This document shows positions 25,203 to 39,418 of a DNA stretch of 64,000 nucleotides, piece by piece. Source of the DNA: Octopus sinensis (lineage: Eukaryota). The translations under genes were made by a program, and so were the position numbers. Where the stretch lies: NCBI RefSeq assembly GCF_006345805.1, contig NC_042999.1, positions 134,788,001 to 134,852,000 on the forward strand. Direction: 5' to 3'. Each line of letters begins with the position of its first letter. The first letter of the stretch is position 1. Under the pieces are notes generated by a model. The model ran no database searches and had not been told where the DNA came from. It was given only the letters and a program-made list of their open reading frames with translations.

Positions 25203-25269
25203 TATAATATATAGTATATATAATATATATATATAATATTATATATTATATATATATATATATATAATA
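24731..25269. repeat. Long imperfect (TA)n array; similar arrays at ~300-382, 13340-13690, 20691-21070, 29585-29695, 30198-30285, 46520-46677
   Basis: Direct reading; source of the IY/YI pseudo-ORFs. Confidence 0.95.
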
Positions 25270-28200
25270 TGTTCCTTTCACCCTTATACATATCATTAAC
25301 CCACACGAGATACAGAAAATGCCGACAAAAAAGACACAATCACCTCCATAAACGAAGAAATACTGAAAGAACTCAAGAAAATCAACACAAATTTGTCAAC
25401 TTTTTGAACAAATTCGACTCGACACTTCAACCCAATCGAGAGAGAACAATGAAGAGAAACAGATACGAAAAATACAACCTCCGAAATTGTCGAAAACCTT
25501 GGAAACTTATGCGAAACAATTAGAACATTTTTCTCTAACAACGCTAACCAAGGACCTCCAAACGCGTCAATATATGGGATCAATACTCTAACAACATACC
25601 AAATGAAATACCACATAATACCACAATGGAACAAATCACTCAGAGATAGAAAGTTCGCCTTTTGGAAGATGATCCAAAACAACAACAAAGCGGATATATA
25701 CGAAAAATGCTCAACCGGACCCCGTTAATCCTCCCACGTAAATTCCAGTTCAAAGCTATTACAGAAGAACCTGAAACACAAAGACACCTCAGGGAGAGAA
25801 TGGCACTGGAAAAAATGAAAATGGAAATAGAACTTCTGAAATTGAGGGCCCAAACGAATGAGGATAAAATAAAATCCACCGATGAAGATATCAACGAAGA
25901 AATTCGCAAAATTACCCAAGGCCCAGATCAAGAGAAGTTCTCCAAACTATGGAAAGAGGACTGTGAAAAAGAAGAACTAAAATCTCTCCAACGCTGGGAG
26001 AAAAGCGCCACTTGGTTCTCAGACTATGAAGCCGTCTTTCAAACAGAGCACGCCTCCAACAACCCTTTCCAGAAAATAAGAAAACCAAAACAACACCCAA
26101 ACACCGATACACACCTGTCTAAAAATCGGAACCTTCACTACTATCAAAAAAAGAACACAGGACCTAACCCTAACTCTGTAAGCAGCCAGCGATACAATAT
26201 CAGGAATACCCCCACTTCAAGCAGAGAAAGGATAATAAATCAACACCCACAGCATAGACACTGCAACCTCATCCCCACCCAAAGGAGTTACCAACGAAAT
26301 CTTCGTCCCATCAACCGGTTAAACAACCATGCACAACAAACCCACACCACTTGCAATGATTACCAACGAAGGCCTCCTAGAACACCACACCCGAATATGG
26401 GATATCGGGATGCTCTCCTCAATACTGCTCCAAGAACACACACATAAATCACAACAGGAGACCCCTAATCAACAAAGAACAACTATATACTAGCTACCGT
26501 CCCAACCACCGCATTCATTTTTTAGACCCAATACGCAAACACAGAGACACAAGATAGCACCAAACAAGCAGGAGGAACCAAAAGTAAAAAAATTATTAAT
26601 CTAACTCACAAGGAACTAACAGCAAACCAAATAAACATACTTTCCAAAGGACTCAAGTTTACACCCACCCCACAACACCCCAACTACAATGAAATGAAAG
26701 AAGACATCGCAGAATTCTGCAGAAAATTAAGACTTACTGAGGAGCTATACGATAAATACAACGAGGACGAATCGTTAGCTAGAAATAGGAGTAACTACAC
26801 CCCCTCGAAAGGTAAGAATAAAACACTTGATGATTTCTGTGACCACATATCAAATTACCCATATCAACATATGCACAAACAAAAACAAAACCAAACTTCA
26901 GCAAAAAAGAATGGGCTGAGTTGAACAAATTAAAACTAGATAAAACAATAACAATCAAAGAGGCCGATAAAGGGAGTGCTGTTGTCTTAATGGATACGAC
27001 ATTTTACATAACTTTGGTACTTTCTATGCTGGAAGACACAACATACTATGAAAAGGCACAAAACTACAGTCAACAAAAAATAATGAGGGAACTAAAATCC
27101 ATATAAACCCATACAAGCAGGCTCACCGACAAAGAATATGATTATATGACCAATTTCACAAGTAACTAGCCAATTCTACGGTATACCTAAGATCCACAAA
27201 AGTGAAAAAATAAGCAACGCATGCAAGATAGCTACAGACAAAATAATTAAAGTCCCTAATCCTAATGACCTCAAATTGAGACCCATAATAGCAGGTCCCG
27301 CATGCGAAACCCACCGCCTCAGTAACTTTTTAGACACCCTGTTAAAACCACTCCTCAAACATGTCAAAAGCTATATAAGGACGACTTAGATATGCTAATC
27401 ACCTACCGAATACTATAAACAAAAACACCATACTGGTATCCTTCGATGTAGTCAACCTCTACTCCAATATCCCCCACAACCTAGGACTAGAGGCAATCCA
27501 ATTCTGGCTAGAGAATCACGCCAACGAACTACCACACCGCATCAAAAAAGAATTTGTGATAGAAGGGGTTAAATTCATCCTGGAAAATAACTTCTTCGCC
27601 TTCAATGACAACTTCTACCGACAAAAATCGGGGACTGCGATGGGTACACGAATGGCCCCCTCCTTTGCCAACCTAGTCATAGGATACCTAGAGATCAGTC
27701 TGTATCGTAAGGTTCTAGAAAGATATGGCAGCCCTTTCTCCATCTACATAGAAAACAACTGGAAGAGATATCTAGATGACTGTTTCATCCTTTGGCATAA
27801 AAATATAGAAAAACTCATAGAATTCCAGAAAATTTTAAACGGACTGGACGTAAACATCCAATTCACGATGGAATATAGCCAACAACAACTCCCCTTCCTC
27901 GATATCCTCATTAAGAAAGCTAATAATATAATAGAAACAGACATATACTATAAGCCTACAGACTCTAAGCAATATCTTCCATTCAATTCATGCCACCCCA
28001 GACACACCAGGATGAATATCCCCTTCAATCTAGCAAAAAGGATATGCACTATAGTCTCTAACGCAAACACCAGAGACACACGACTACAAGAACTAAAAGA
28101 TACCCTAATCACCAGGAACTATCCACCTTCACTTATTGACAAGTGCATTCAACGTGCCCTTCAACTTAACATCAAGGAACTGAGACATCCCAAATCAAAG

Positions 28201-28724
28201 AAAAACTTACAACCAAAAGCCTTACCATACATCTCCACACACAACCCTCTCAATAACGAAGCCTTCGACACCATCCTCCACAACCATACCCCTCCTAAAA
28301 AAAGACCACAGAATGAACACAATCCTCCAAACACACACGATCATAAAAAGCAAAAGACAGCCTAGATCCATGAAAAGTCTCTTACACAAGCCCGAATTCA
28401 CTCTTCAACACAGAAGCCGACAGTAAAAAAATGTGGAAGACCCAATTGCGGGATTGCGACTATCTAATCGAGGGTTCTGAGTTCTCCTTCAAACAGGGAC
28501 AACGGTTTACAGTGAAAAGCAACTTCACATGTGCTTCGGGAACCTAATATACTCACTAACCTGCTCCGGGTGTCAAGAGCAGTACATAGGCCAAACAAAA
28601 AATGGTTTGCGTAAACGAATGGCCCTGCACAGATCCCAGATAAAAATTCCCCAAAACAGAAAAATAGCTTTTAGCCAACACATAGATACTTGCGCCAACA
28701 AAAAAACACCAAACTTCAGAATTT

Positions 28725-30195
<1,471 letters not shown>

Positions 30196-30373
30196 CTATA
30201 ATATATATTATATATTATATATATATATTATATATATATATATATAATATATTATATATATATATATATAATATATTATATATATGTAGGTCCCGGGTTG
30301 ATTCGGGGTTAACCACAGTAAATAAGGTACTCAATGCATAGCAGAGTAAAATTAATTTATTATATATATATAT

Positions 30374-30540
30374 GCGGGGGACCTGGCAGAAACGTTAGCA
30401 CGCTGGGCGAAATGCTTAAAGATATTTCGTCTGTCTTTACGTTCTGAGTTCAAATTCCTTTCGGAGTCGATAAATTAAGTACCAGTTGCGTACTGGCCTC
30501 TCCCCCAAAATTTCGGGCCTTGTGTCTAGGGTAGAAAAGA
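30374..30540 (+). mobile_element. SINE family B with internal deletion
   Basis: ctggcagaaacgttagcacgc head and core fragments. Confidence 0.75.
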
Positions 30541-31729
30541 CATAATATGAGCTAAATTTACATGTTTAATACAATACAGCATATATATATATATTGTTCG
30601 CACAGAAAAGATAGGGAGAGTTGCTAAATTTGCTTGTTCAATGCATGTTACACAATACTTCTTCACTGTCATAGTATTCCACATTTTGAAACATTTGGCG
30701 TTTATTTTATATTATGTCCAGACATGTGGGTTGGGAGAGTTGCTGAAGAGGTCACAGTTATGCGACGAAAGATTTCCAGGCAGTGGACATAAGATAAAAT
30801 AGGAGCAATGATAAACGAGCGAAGAACAAACATATAGTGCGTGTGTTTATTTGGGAAGAAAAAAATGACCGTCCCGATATGTAACAATATATATTTTTTT
30901 TTCAGGATTAAGAGAGTTCGAATTGGAGTGCATCAACATGATTGTTTTTGTTTTTTAGTGTTTTCCACAATTTTTGAAATTTATGTCTTATGAACTCTGT
31001 CATTACAAATTAAAACAAAATGACATTTAATTTATATTCGTCGAACTTTCAGAATAGCCGTCTTACATAAATAGAAATTTCTCGTTTTTTATTTGGCGTG
31101 CGGTACCGAGTTTTTTCCACATCTTATCGTATCCCACATTTCAAAATACTTGCGGGGGCGGACTTTCTTTAAAACTTTTTAATCTATGGATTTTTAAATG
31201 TTACCCGTCCCCTCATCGCAATTTGGAACACAAGCAACCACCCTTTTTTTTCTTTTTCACTTTTCATCATCGGTTCCGTTTTCAGCAGAGAAAGACGTGA
31301 TTGCCTTTGCTCTGTGAAAAAGTTTGCATAGAACGGCGAAAATAACCCACTGTAGTTGCAAAACGTAAAACTCTAAGTCATAGAGATCACTACAACACTT
31401 TGGTTAAAAATATTTAAAAATATATATATATAAATATATACATATACACAGTAATTTTCATTATCGCCGAAACGCACATGGTGCAAAAATAACTGAATCA
31501 AGTATCTTCCTGCAAGAAAGAAAAAAGAAGCATCTCTCCTGAAAAAAAATCCCGTAAACCAAAAAAAAAAAATCCAGACCACATTGTTGGATTAAGTATC
31601 AATTTCATCTATTACATATTTTATTTATTATTCTATTTTATCTTTCACTTAGGCCCACATCTTAGTTAAAGTTGCGATCGTCATTTTGTTTGTTTACATT
31701 TTCAATAACTGTTCTCGATATAATAATTT

Positions 31730-32828
31730 TCCAGATACTCTATCTTCTAATTAGCCTTAAGATTAAATTAAATAACGTTTAATATTGATACCGTCAAATA
31801 GCCTTAGGATTAAATTAAATAACGTTTAATATTCTTTAATATTGTTAATAATTATTGTTAATTAGCCTTAAGATTAAATTAAATAACGTTTAATATTGAT
31901 ACCGTCAATTAGCCTTAGGATTAAATTAAATAACGTTTAATATTGTTAATATTGTTAATAATTATTGTTTTAATTAGCCTTAAGATTAAATTAAATAACG
32001 TTTAATATTAAAAACGTCTATTAGCCTTAGGATTAAATTAAATAACGTTTAATATTGTTATAATTATTGTTAATTAGCCTTAGGATTAAAAAAAAAAAAA
32101 AAAAATTAAATAACGTTTAACATTGTTTAATATTGTTAATAATTACTGTTATTAGCCTTAAGATTAAATTAAATAACGTTTAATATTGTTTTAATATGGT
32201 TAATAAATCTTCAGATACTCTATCTTCTAATTAGCCTTAAGATTAAATTAAATAACGTTTTAAATTACCCACACTCTAATATAATATTAACATTGCTAAT
32301 ATATTTTCAGATACTCTATCTCCTGATTAGCCTTAAGATTAAATAACGTTTTTATCCACACTCTAATATAATATTAATATTGCTAATATATTTTCAGATA
32401 CTCTATCTTCTAATTAGCCTTAAGATTAAATTAATAACGTTTAATATTAATAACGTCTAATTAGCCTTAAGATTAAATTAAATAACGGTTAATATTGCTT
32501 AATATTGTATATATAATTTTTCAGATACTCTGTCTTCTAATTAGCCTTAAGATTAAATTAAATAACGTTTAATATTACCCACACTCTAATATAATATTAA
32601 TATGGCTAATATATTTTCAGATACTCTATCTCCTAATTAGCCTTAAGATTAAACACGTTTTTATCCACACTCTAATATAATATTAATATTGCTAATACAT
32701 TTTCAGATACTCTATCCCCTAATTAGCCTTAAGATTAAATAACGTTTTTACCCAAATAACGTTTTTACACAAACTTTAATATTGTTAATATTTCTTTTTC
32801 AAGTACTCTATCTTCTAATTAGCCTTAA
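31730..32828 (+). repeat. AT-rich tandem array (about 16 copies of the core TTAGCCTTA(A/G)GATTAAATTAAATAACGTT in units of ~45-95 bp)
   Basis: Direct reading; ends ~60 bp before the LINE ORF1 ATG at 32889. Confidence 0.9.
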
Positions 32829-32888
32829 TATCTTCCTGTCTTCTCTCGAACATATTAGATAGATAAACGGATAGACGGATTATCCAGC

Positions 32889-35800
32889 ATGTCCAGAGCA
32901 TGGAGACGTGACGAGCTGGATTTATTCGTACGAGCATGGGAGTGCGCCGGCGGAGATAGCCCTAGGGAGGTGATTGCGGCTGCGCTGAAGAGCAGAGGCT
33001 ACAAGAGGACAGCGGCTCAGATGGAGCGAAAGAGACAGGATTCGTGCGCTCATATGCGCTTGTACGGTCGCACATTGGCGCACTTGATGCCATCTTTGAG
33101 AACGAGCGGAGCAAAGATGGCAAGAATGGAGACGATGAAAGAAGTCACCCCCACTGGTGGACGCCCGGGAGGAGGTTTTGAATGAGAAACCTGCCGGGAA
33201 GTGAACCCAGTGCAAGTTCTCCAACCGGCAGCAAGGGCCATGGAGACGGAGAACCCGGTGAAGAGGTAGAGGGAGGAAGAGAACTGAAAGAAGGACTGAA
33301 GAGCTAAAGGAAAAGAAAAAGCTCAAGCAGGACCAAGAGTGAAACAATCAGAATAGAAGTGGAACCGTCCAAAAGGATGGAACCAAACAGCGCACACGGG
33401 TGTGTATGTTCTACCTGAGAGGTTCCTGCTGGCATGGAAAGGAAGGTGCAGGCTGCCGCTTTGCACATCGGGGACCCTGCCACAGAGACACGAGGCAGAT
33501 GGACAAACCATCAACACAAAGAAAAGGGATGGACCACGCACCACCTGCCCCAAAACGGAGGTACGCAGATGTTGTGCGCGCCACAAACAGCCAACATGAT
33601 GTCGAAGAAGCAGCTGCTGAGCAACAATCTTTTTGTGCATGGCACAAAAGATTGTACAGCAGCTGACCTGGCTTCATCAAACCCAAGCCCGCAGGTGGGA
33701 CTACCCACTATATACCAGACCACCACAGCAAACAGACAAGGATGGACACCGCCGGCAACAACGTACACCTCACCTCGATACTCCTACTGAACATCAGAGG
33801 ACTGCAAACACTCAGTAACAGGACAAAGATCCCGTTCCTGAGAGACTTTGTTGCATGCAATCAAGCTTATGCATAGCACTTACAGAAACGCACCTGAAAC
33901 CGGACATAGCAGATGCGGAGTTACACATACCACAGTATGCTGTACTACGGACCGACAGGAAGAAAGGAGTCATGGAGGTGTTGCTATGTACATCCGTGAG
34001 GACCTCACACCCCAGGTCCTCTTGTCATACTCAAACTCGGTGTGTGACACACTAATTGTACATATTAGGCAACTTGATGTAGTTGTGTGTGCTACATATC
34101 GCCCTCCAGATGCCCCAAGCCATGTGGGCAAGTTTGAAGACTGCCTTATAAAAATAGAAGAAATTCTAACCACATTAGAGCAACACATAGGTGTGCTTCT
34201 TATGGGAGACTTCAATCTGCCCAATGTCAGATGGCCCGAGGGCCTTTCTCTCCCAGGAATGACAAGATGTGAACGAGGACAGGCGAGGTCCCTCCTGAAC
34301 CTCATCAACACCCTGTACATGGAGCAGGTAATACTCCAACCAACCAGGCAGGTAACACACACATGGATCTCTGCTTCACAAATGACATGGATCTCATCCA
34401 TAATGTGAAAGTGACACCGACACTACTCTCGGATCACAACATGATAGAGCTGACCATGTACGGGCCAAAGAGAGCACGGACATGCAGCCTACAAGAAACC
34501 CTCAAAAATCTTTCCAGCTTGAACTACCATAAGGCAAACTGGAAACAAATTGAGAAAGAGATCCTCAAACAAAACTGGCCTAAAATGTCTCTCCTCGCCA
34601 GACATCGACGTGAAACTTCAACAATTCATGTCTGTAATGCAAGCCATATGCTACAAATGTGTCCCAGAGAGAAAGGCCACTGTACACAAGAACAAAATCC
34701 CCAGAGAGAGGAAAATTTTAATGAGACGGCGTACGAAATTTTCAAATCGCCTAAACAAACAGATTGAAAGCAGTGAAAAGTCCCGCCTAAAAATAAAAAT
34801 TGTTGGAAATCGAAAAATGTCTGCAACTCTCCCATGAAAAGGAAAGAGCAGACAAGAAGCCTGGGCTATAGAAAACATAAAATCTAACCCCAGAGCTTTC
34901 TACAGGTATGCCAAAGAAACAGCTACAGTGCACTGTAGAATAGGGCCACTCCTCGAAAAGGATGGCACACTTACAGGAAAACCAATGAGGGTAAGTGAAT
35001 ACTGAATGAGCAATTCAAGAGTGTTTTCACTCACCCTTGGGCATCTCCAAATCACCAATCCAACTGACTTTTTACCACTGCAGATATAAAATCAGAGGCG
35101 GCGACGATAGATTACATCGATATAAAGGAAGACGATGTAACCAAGGCTATAGATGAAATGAAAACAGACTCAGCTACTGGCCCGATGGATTCCCGGCAAT
35201 CCTCCTAAAAGCATGTAAGAGAGTCCTAGCAAGACCACTGCAGTTCCTCTTTCAGAGCTTCCTTGCAGCTGGCAAACTTCCAGGAAAACTGAAGGAAGGT
35301 AAATATGCCCCATTCATAAAGGAGGTAGCAGAGCGGAAGCCAAGAACTATAGACCTATCTCTCTGACCTCACACATCAGCAAGGTCATGAAACGAATAGT
35401 CAGAAGGAAGCTGATCACCTTCCTTGAAGAGAATGACTTGCTGCCCGACACCCAACATGGTTTCCGACCAGGGAGAAGCTGTTTAACTCAGCTCCTACAA
35501 CACTATGACTGGGTGCTGAAACGGCTGCTCAACCACTCAAATGTGGAAGTGATATATCTCGACTTTGCAAAGGCCTTTGATAAAGTCGATCATGGAATGA
35601 TATGTCACAAACTGCGTGATCTCAACATAGTTGGAAAACTGGGAGAATGGCTTCATGACTTTCTGAAGGATAGAAGTCAGGTGGTAGTAGCCAATGGGGC
35701 CACCTCCATTAACACACAAATAGTGAGCGGTGTTCCGCAGGGCACTGTTCTGGGACCACTACTGTCATAATGGCCCTCTCAGACATGCCCTCAGCCACGC

Positions 35801-36816
35801 AGAGAGCCACGATCACAAGTTATGCAGATGATACAAAAGTTTCACAGGCAATACAGAACCCTGAGGACACTAAACACCTGCAATGTGAGCTGGACGAAAT
35901 ATACAGTGGGCTGAAAAGAATAGCATGCAGTTCAATGCTGGAAAGTTCAAGCTTTATACTATCAGCATGCAAAACTGAATGCAATACCCAATGAATACAC
36001 TGGACCCGGAGGGATTGCAATCCCAGAGGCACAATCAGTGCGTGACCTGGGTATTCACATGAGTGATGACGCGACCTTTCATGTACATGTTGCTAAACTG
36101 ACAATGAAATGTAGACGGCTGGCTGGATGGATTCTTAGAACCTTTAGAACAAGAGAACAAAAAACCATGATGGTCCTCTGGAAGACACTTGTCCTAAGCC
36201 ACTTTGACTATTGCTCTCAGCTATGGTCACCATCCAGTGTCAAGTTGATCACCGAACTTGAGGCGATCCAACGAAGCTACACAAAGAAGATAGCCTCTAT
36301 GCAGAATGTAAGCTACTGGGAAAGACTCAAGATTAAAAATTATATTCTCTGGAGCGTAGACGGGAAAGATATGCCATAATATACATCTGAAGATCCTGGA
36401 GGGAAGTGTCCTGAACTTTGGCATCGAGAGTTACGCAAATGCCAGAACTGGGCGCCACTGCGTGGTGCCTAGGACTCCAAACCTGCCATCAAGATGTAGG
36501 ACGAGATTCTGTGATAGCCTGGGCTTCCGAGGCCCACAGCTCTTCAATATCCTCCCGAAGAACCTGAGAGACCTGCATGGGGTGGATACAGATGTCTTTA
36601 AAATGAAGCTGGATCTTTCTGTCAGGTGTCCCAGATGAACCAACTTCACGGCAGGAGGGGCAGATGAGGGGCAGCTGCATCGAACTCTCTCATGCACCAA
36701 ATAGCAGTTGCTAGAAAGCCTCCATGAAGTGAAACCAAGTAGCAACACCAAATGGCGGTGCCCCAGCATGGCCACAGCTCATAAGCTGAAACTAGAATCA
36801 ATCAATCAATCAATCA
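32889..36816 (+). mobile_element. CR1-like LINE family A, copy 2 (most complete: ORF1 plus frameshifted ORF2)
   Basis: ORF1 begins MSRAWRRDELDLFVRAWE...IAAALKSRGYKRTAAQMERK and later has CMFYLRGSCWHGKEGAGCRFAH. ORF2 is near-identical to copy 1. (AATC)n tail. Confidence 0.93.
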
Positions 36817-37359
36817 TAGTATTCCATATTATGAAACACTTATAATCCGTATGTTACAGATTAAATTTTGGTATCATACATAAATCGGATTTCTTTTCTT
36901 TTTTTTTGTGGAGGGTGCGAGATTTTAATCGTGAAAATTAAAATGAAGAAGTGGTTATATGAATTTTTTTCACTAAAACTGTGCATTACAAATGTTGAAA
37001 ATGTGGAATACTATAACAGTGATGATGTATTGTGCAACATACATTGAACAAGCAAATTTAACTTACAGTCAGTTGAGTCTCTTTTACCAAACAATAAAGT
37101 ATTTTTCTTGTTTATATGTTTGCTTCGTCAAAGATTAATGTTTGGTCCGCTCTATTATTGACAACTATAAGACTATAACTAGAAACAGATACAAAAGAAG
37201 AGTCAGTAATTCGTGTTTGAGCAATAGATGGTACACCATCGACAGTAGATTGTCATCGCGGCTTCAACAGTTTATTGAAAAATTACACTTAGAGTGTTTA
37301 CAGCGCACTCTATAATCCACATGCAAAATCTGGTTGCAAATAAATGAAGTGGTGATTGC

Positions 37360-38100
37360 TTGCTTTTTGTTTCATGCTCTTGCTTGATGTCGCTGGTATC
37401 ATTCCAAGTTATTGGTCCAGAGGCTTCAGCGTACGTAGAGCCGATCAGGCCACCTGTTCTGTGCCATCCCCTCTGCATCTTCCAAGCTGATGTCGAGCCT
37501 CTGGATGTCTTCCTTAATTACGTTCAGCTATTTGGATGTGGGAGGGAAGCGCCCACAGGGCCTGCCACGGGCCTCTTCCTGTCCGCAGCTGCTGCATCAA
37601 ACGAGAGTAAGGCTCTGGTAGGAGGATCTGGCAGGAGGTAGAGGATATGTCCGTACCAGCCGTGGATAGCTATGAGGTGAGAGGCTGCGGGTCGATGCGT
37701 GCGCAGTTGTTTGTTGGGAACATGATGGTACCATCTGATGTTCTCGATGGTTCACAGGGTTCTGTTATCAAAGCCGTCGTTCCTCTTCGCCAGGATGTTC
37801 GTGAGAAAAAAACTTGATCCAATGGCTCAATCGTTTCATCAACCATGTATGGGGTTAGAGGGGCTTCAAGTGACTAGACCTGGAGTGTCATCCTCCCCTT
37901 CTGGAAACGGAAGGGCGACAAACTCATCTGCAGAAACCACAGGGGCATCACCCTCTTCTACATCCCGGAAAAGCTCTTCACAGGGATTATCTTCGGCCGT
38001 GCTCTTCCAGCCACTAGAAGCAGGCGCTGCCCACGACAAGCTGGGTTCATACCAAATCGATCTACTGCCATCATATTTTTGCCCTTCGTCTCATTATTGA
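37360..38100. mobile_element. RTE-clade LINE fragment with an inverted 5' segment
   Basis: Minus strand 37360-37850 gives WYGHIL...RKRP plus a caagcaag-type tail. Plus strand 37870-38095 gives ILPFWKRKGDKLICRNHRGITL...QAGFIPNRST..IFALRLIIE. Confidence 0.7.
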
Positions 38101-39008
38101 AATTAAGTGAGCACTGTTATCACAGCAGTAAATAAAATAAAGATACATGCTCGCAATTCCTCGCTGTTTCAACACCTCTCTACTGGGAATGATGAAGATT
38201 ATGAATGTTCGTTGCACATAGAAATTCGATGGCTGTCAAAGGGAAACTGCCAGAAAGCTTCTATTCCCTTTTTAAAACAGTTGTTGAATTATTGCAAGAC
38301 TCTTGTTCCGTTCTTTGTGATGGACCAAGAAACATAAAGTATGGCATTGCTTATATGGCGCATATATTCACAAAGTTCAGTGAAGTTCATTTGCAACCTC
38401 AAGGAAATTATGTTAAACATCAGCAAAGTAGAACCAATCCGCCCCATGTTTCTGTCCCAGTTACAACTATTCAAATGTAACATAAGTTGTTGTTAGTTCT
38501 TCCAGTTTCCGAGCCCCTCTGAGTTGGAGGATGAAAAGCGCACACCCAATGACGTTTGTTCAAGGGTATTGTTCACACTGGGATGCGCTACACAGAGACA
38601 TGTCTGACAGATTTCAGGATATTTAATTTTGATTGACATACCAATTTGTGTGATTCCTAGATATAAGTAATGAGGAAACAAGAACAGTGGAGGAAGAACT
38701 GACACTGAGCAGAGGCCAAAGTTCAAAAACTCATGTCAGGATTTTGATTGCAGAAGAACATTTCTGACTGCTACCCTGCACAGTGGAACAATGTAAAGAT
38801 GTTGCTTTCCCAATATCATATTTTGTAGAGCGGGCCTCAGTGCAGTTGCCTTGATTCCTTCAAAGCAAAGAAACAGACTGAAAATTATTGAACGGGGGAA
38901 ACTAAGAACTTCTTTGTAACTTTCAGCCAGTTGTCGAAAAGTTGATATCGCTGCACAATGTACAGCTATCGCATTAAAAATATGAAAACAACGTAGTTAC
39001 AGACGGGA

Positions 39009-39418
39009 TACTCTTTACTCTTTACTCTTTTACTTGTTTCAGTCATTTAACTGCGGCCATGCTGGGGCACCGCCTTTAGTCGAGCAAATCGACCCCGGGA
39101 CTTATTATTTGTAAGCCCAGTACTTATTCTATCGGTCTCTTTTGCCGAACCGCTAAGTAACGGGGACGTAAACACACCAGCATCGGTTGTCAAGCAATGC
39201 TAGGGGGACAAACACAGACACACAAACACACACATACATACATATGTATATACGACAGGCTTCTTTCAGTTTCCGTCTACCAAATCCACTCACAAGGCAT
39301 TGGTCGGCCCGGGGCTATAGCAGAAGACATTTGCCCAAGATGCCACGCAGTGGGACTGAACCCGGAACCATGTGGTTGGTTAGCAAGCTACTTACCACAC
39401 AGCCACTCCTGCGCCTAT
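39009..39418 (-). mobile_element. SINE family A, full length
   Basis: Near-identical reverse complement of 18494-18908. Confidence 0.92.

Noticed and set aside
31730-32828. CRISPR-like repeat/spacer appearance
   Set aside because: Eukaryotic context, the spacers are themselves repetitive, and there are no cas genes; it is a minisatellite.
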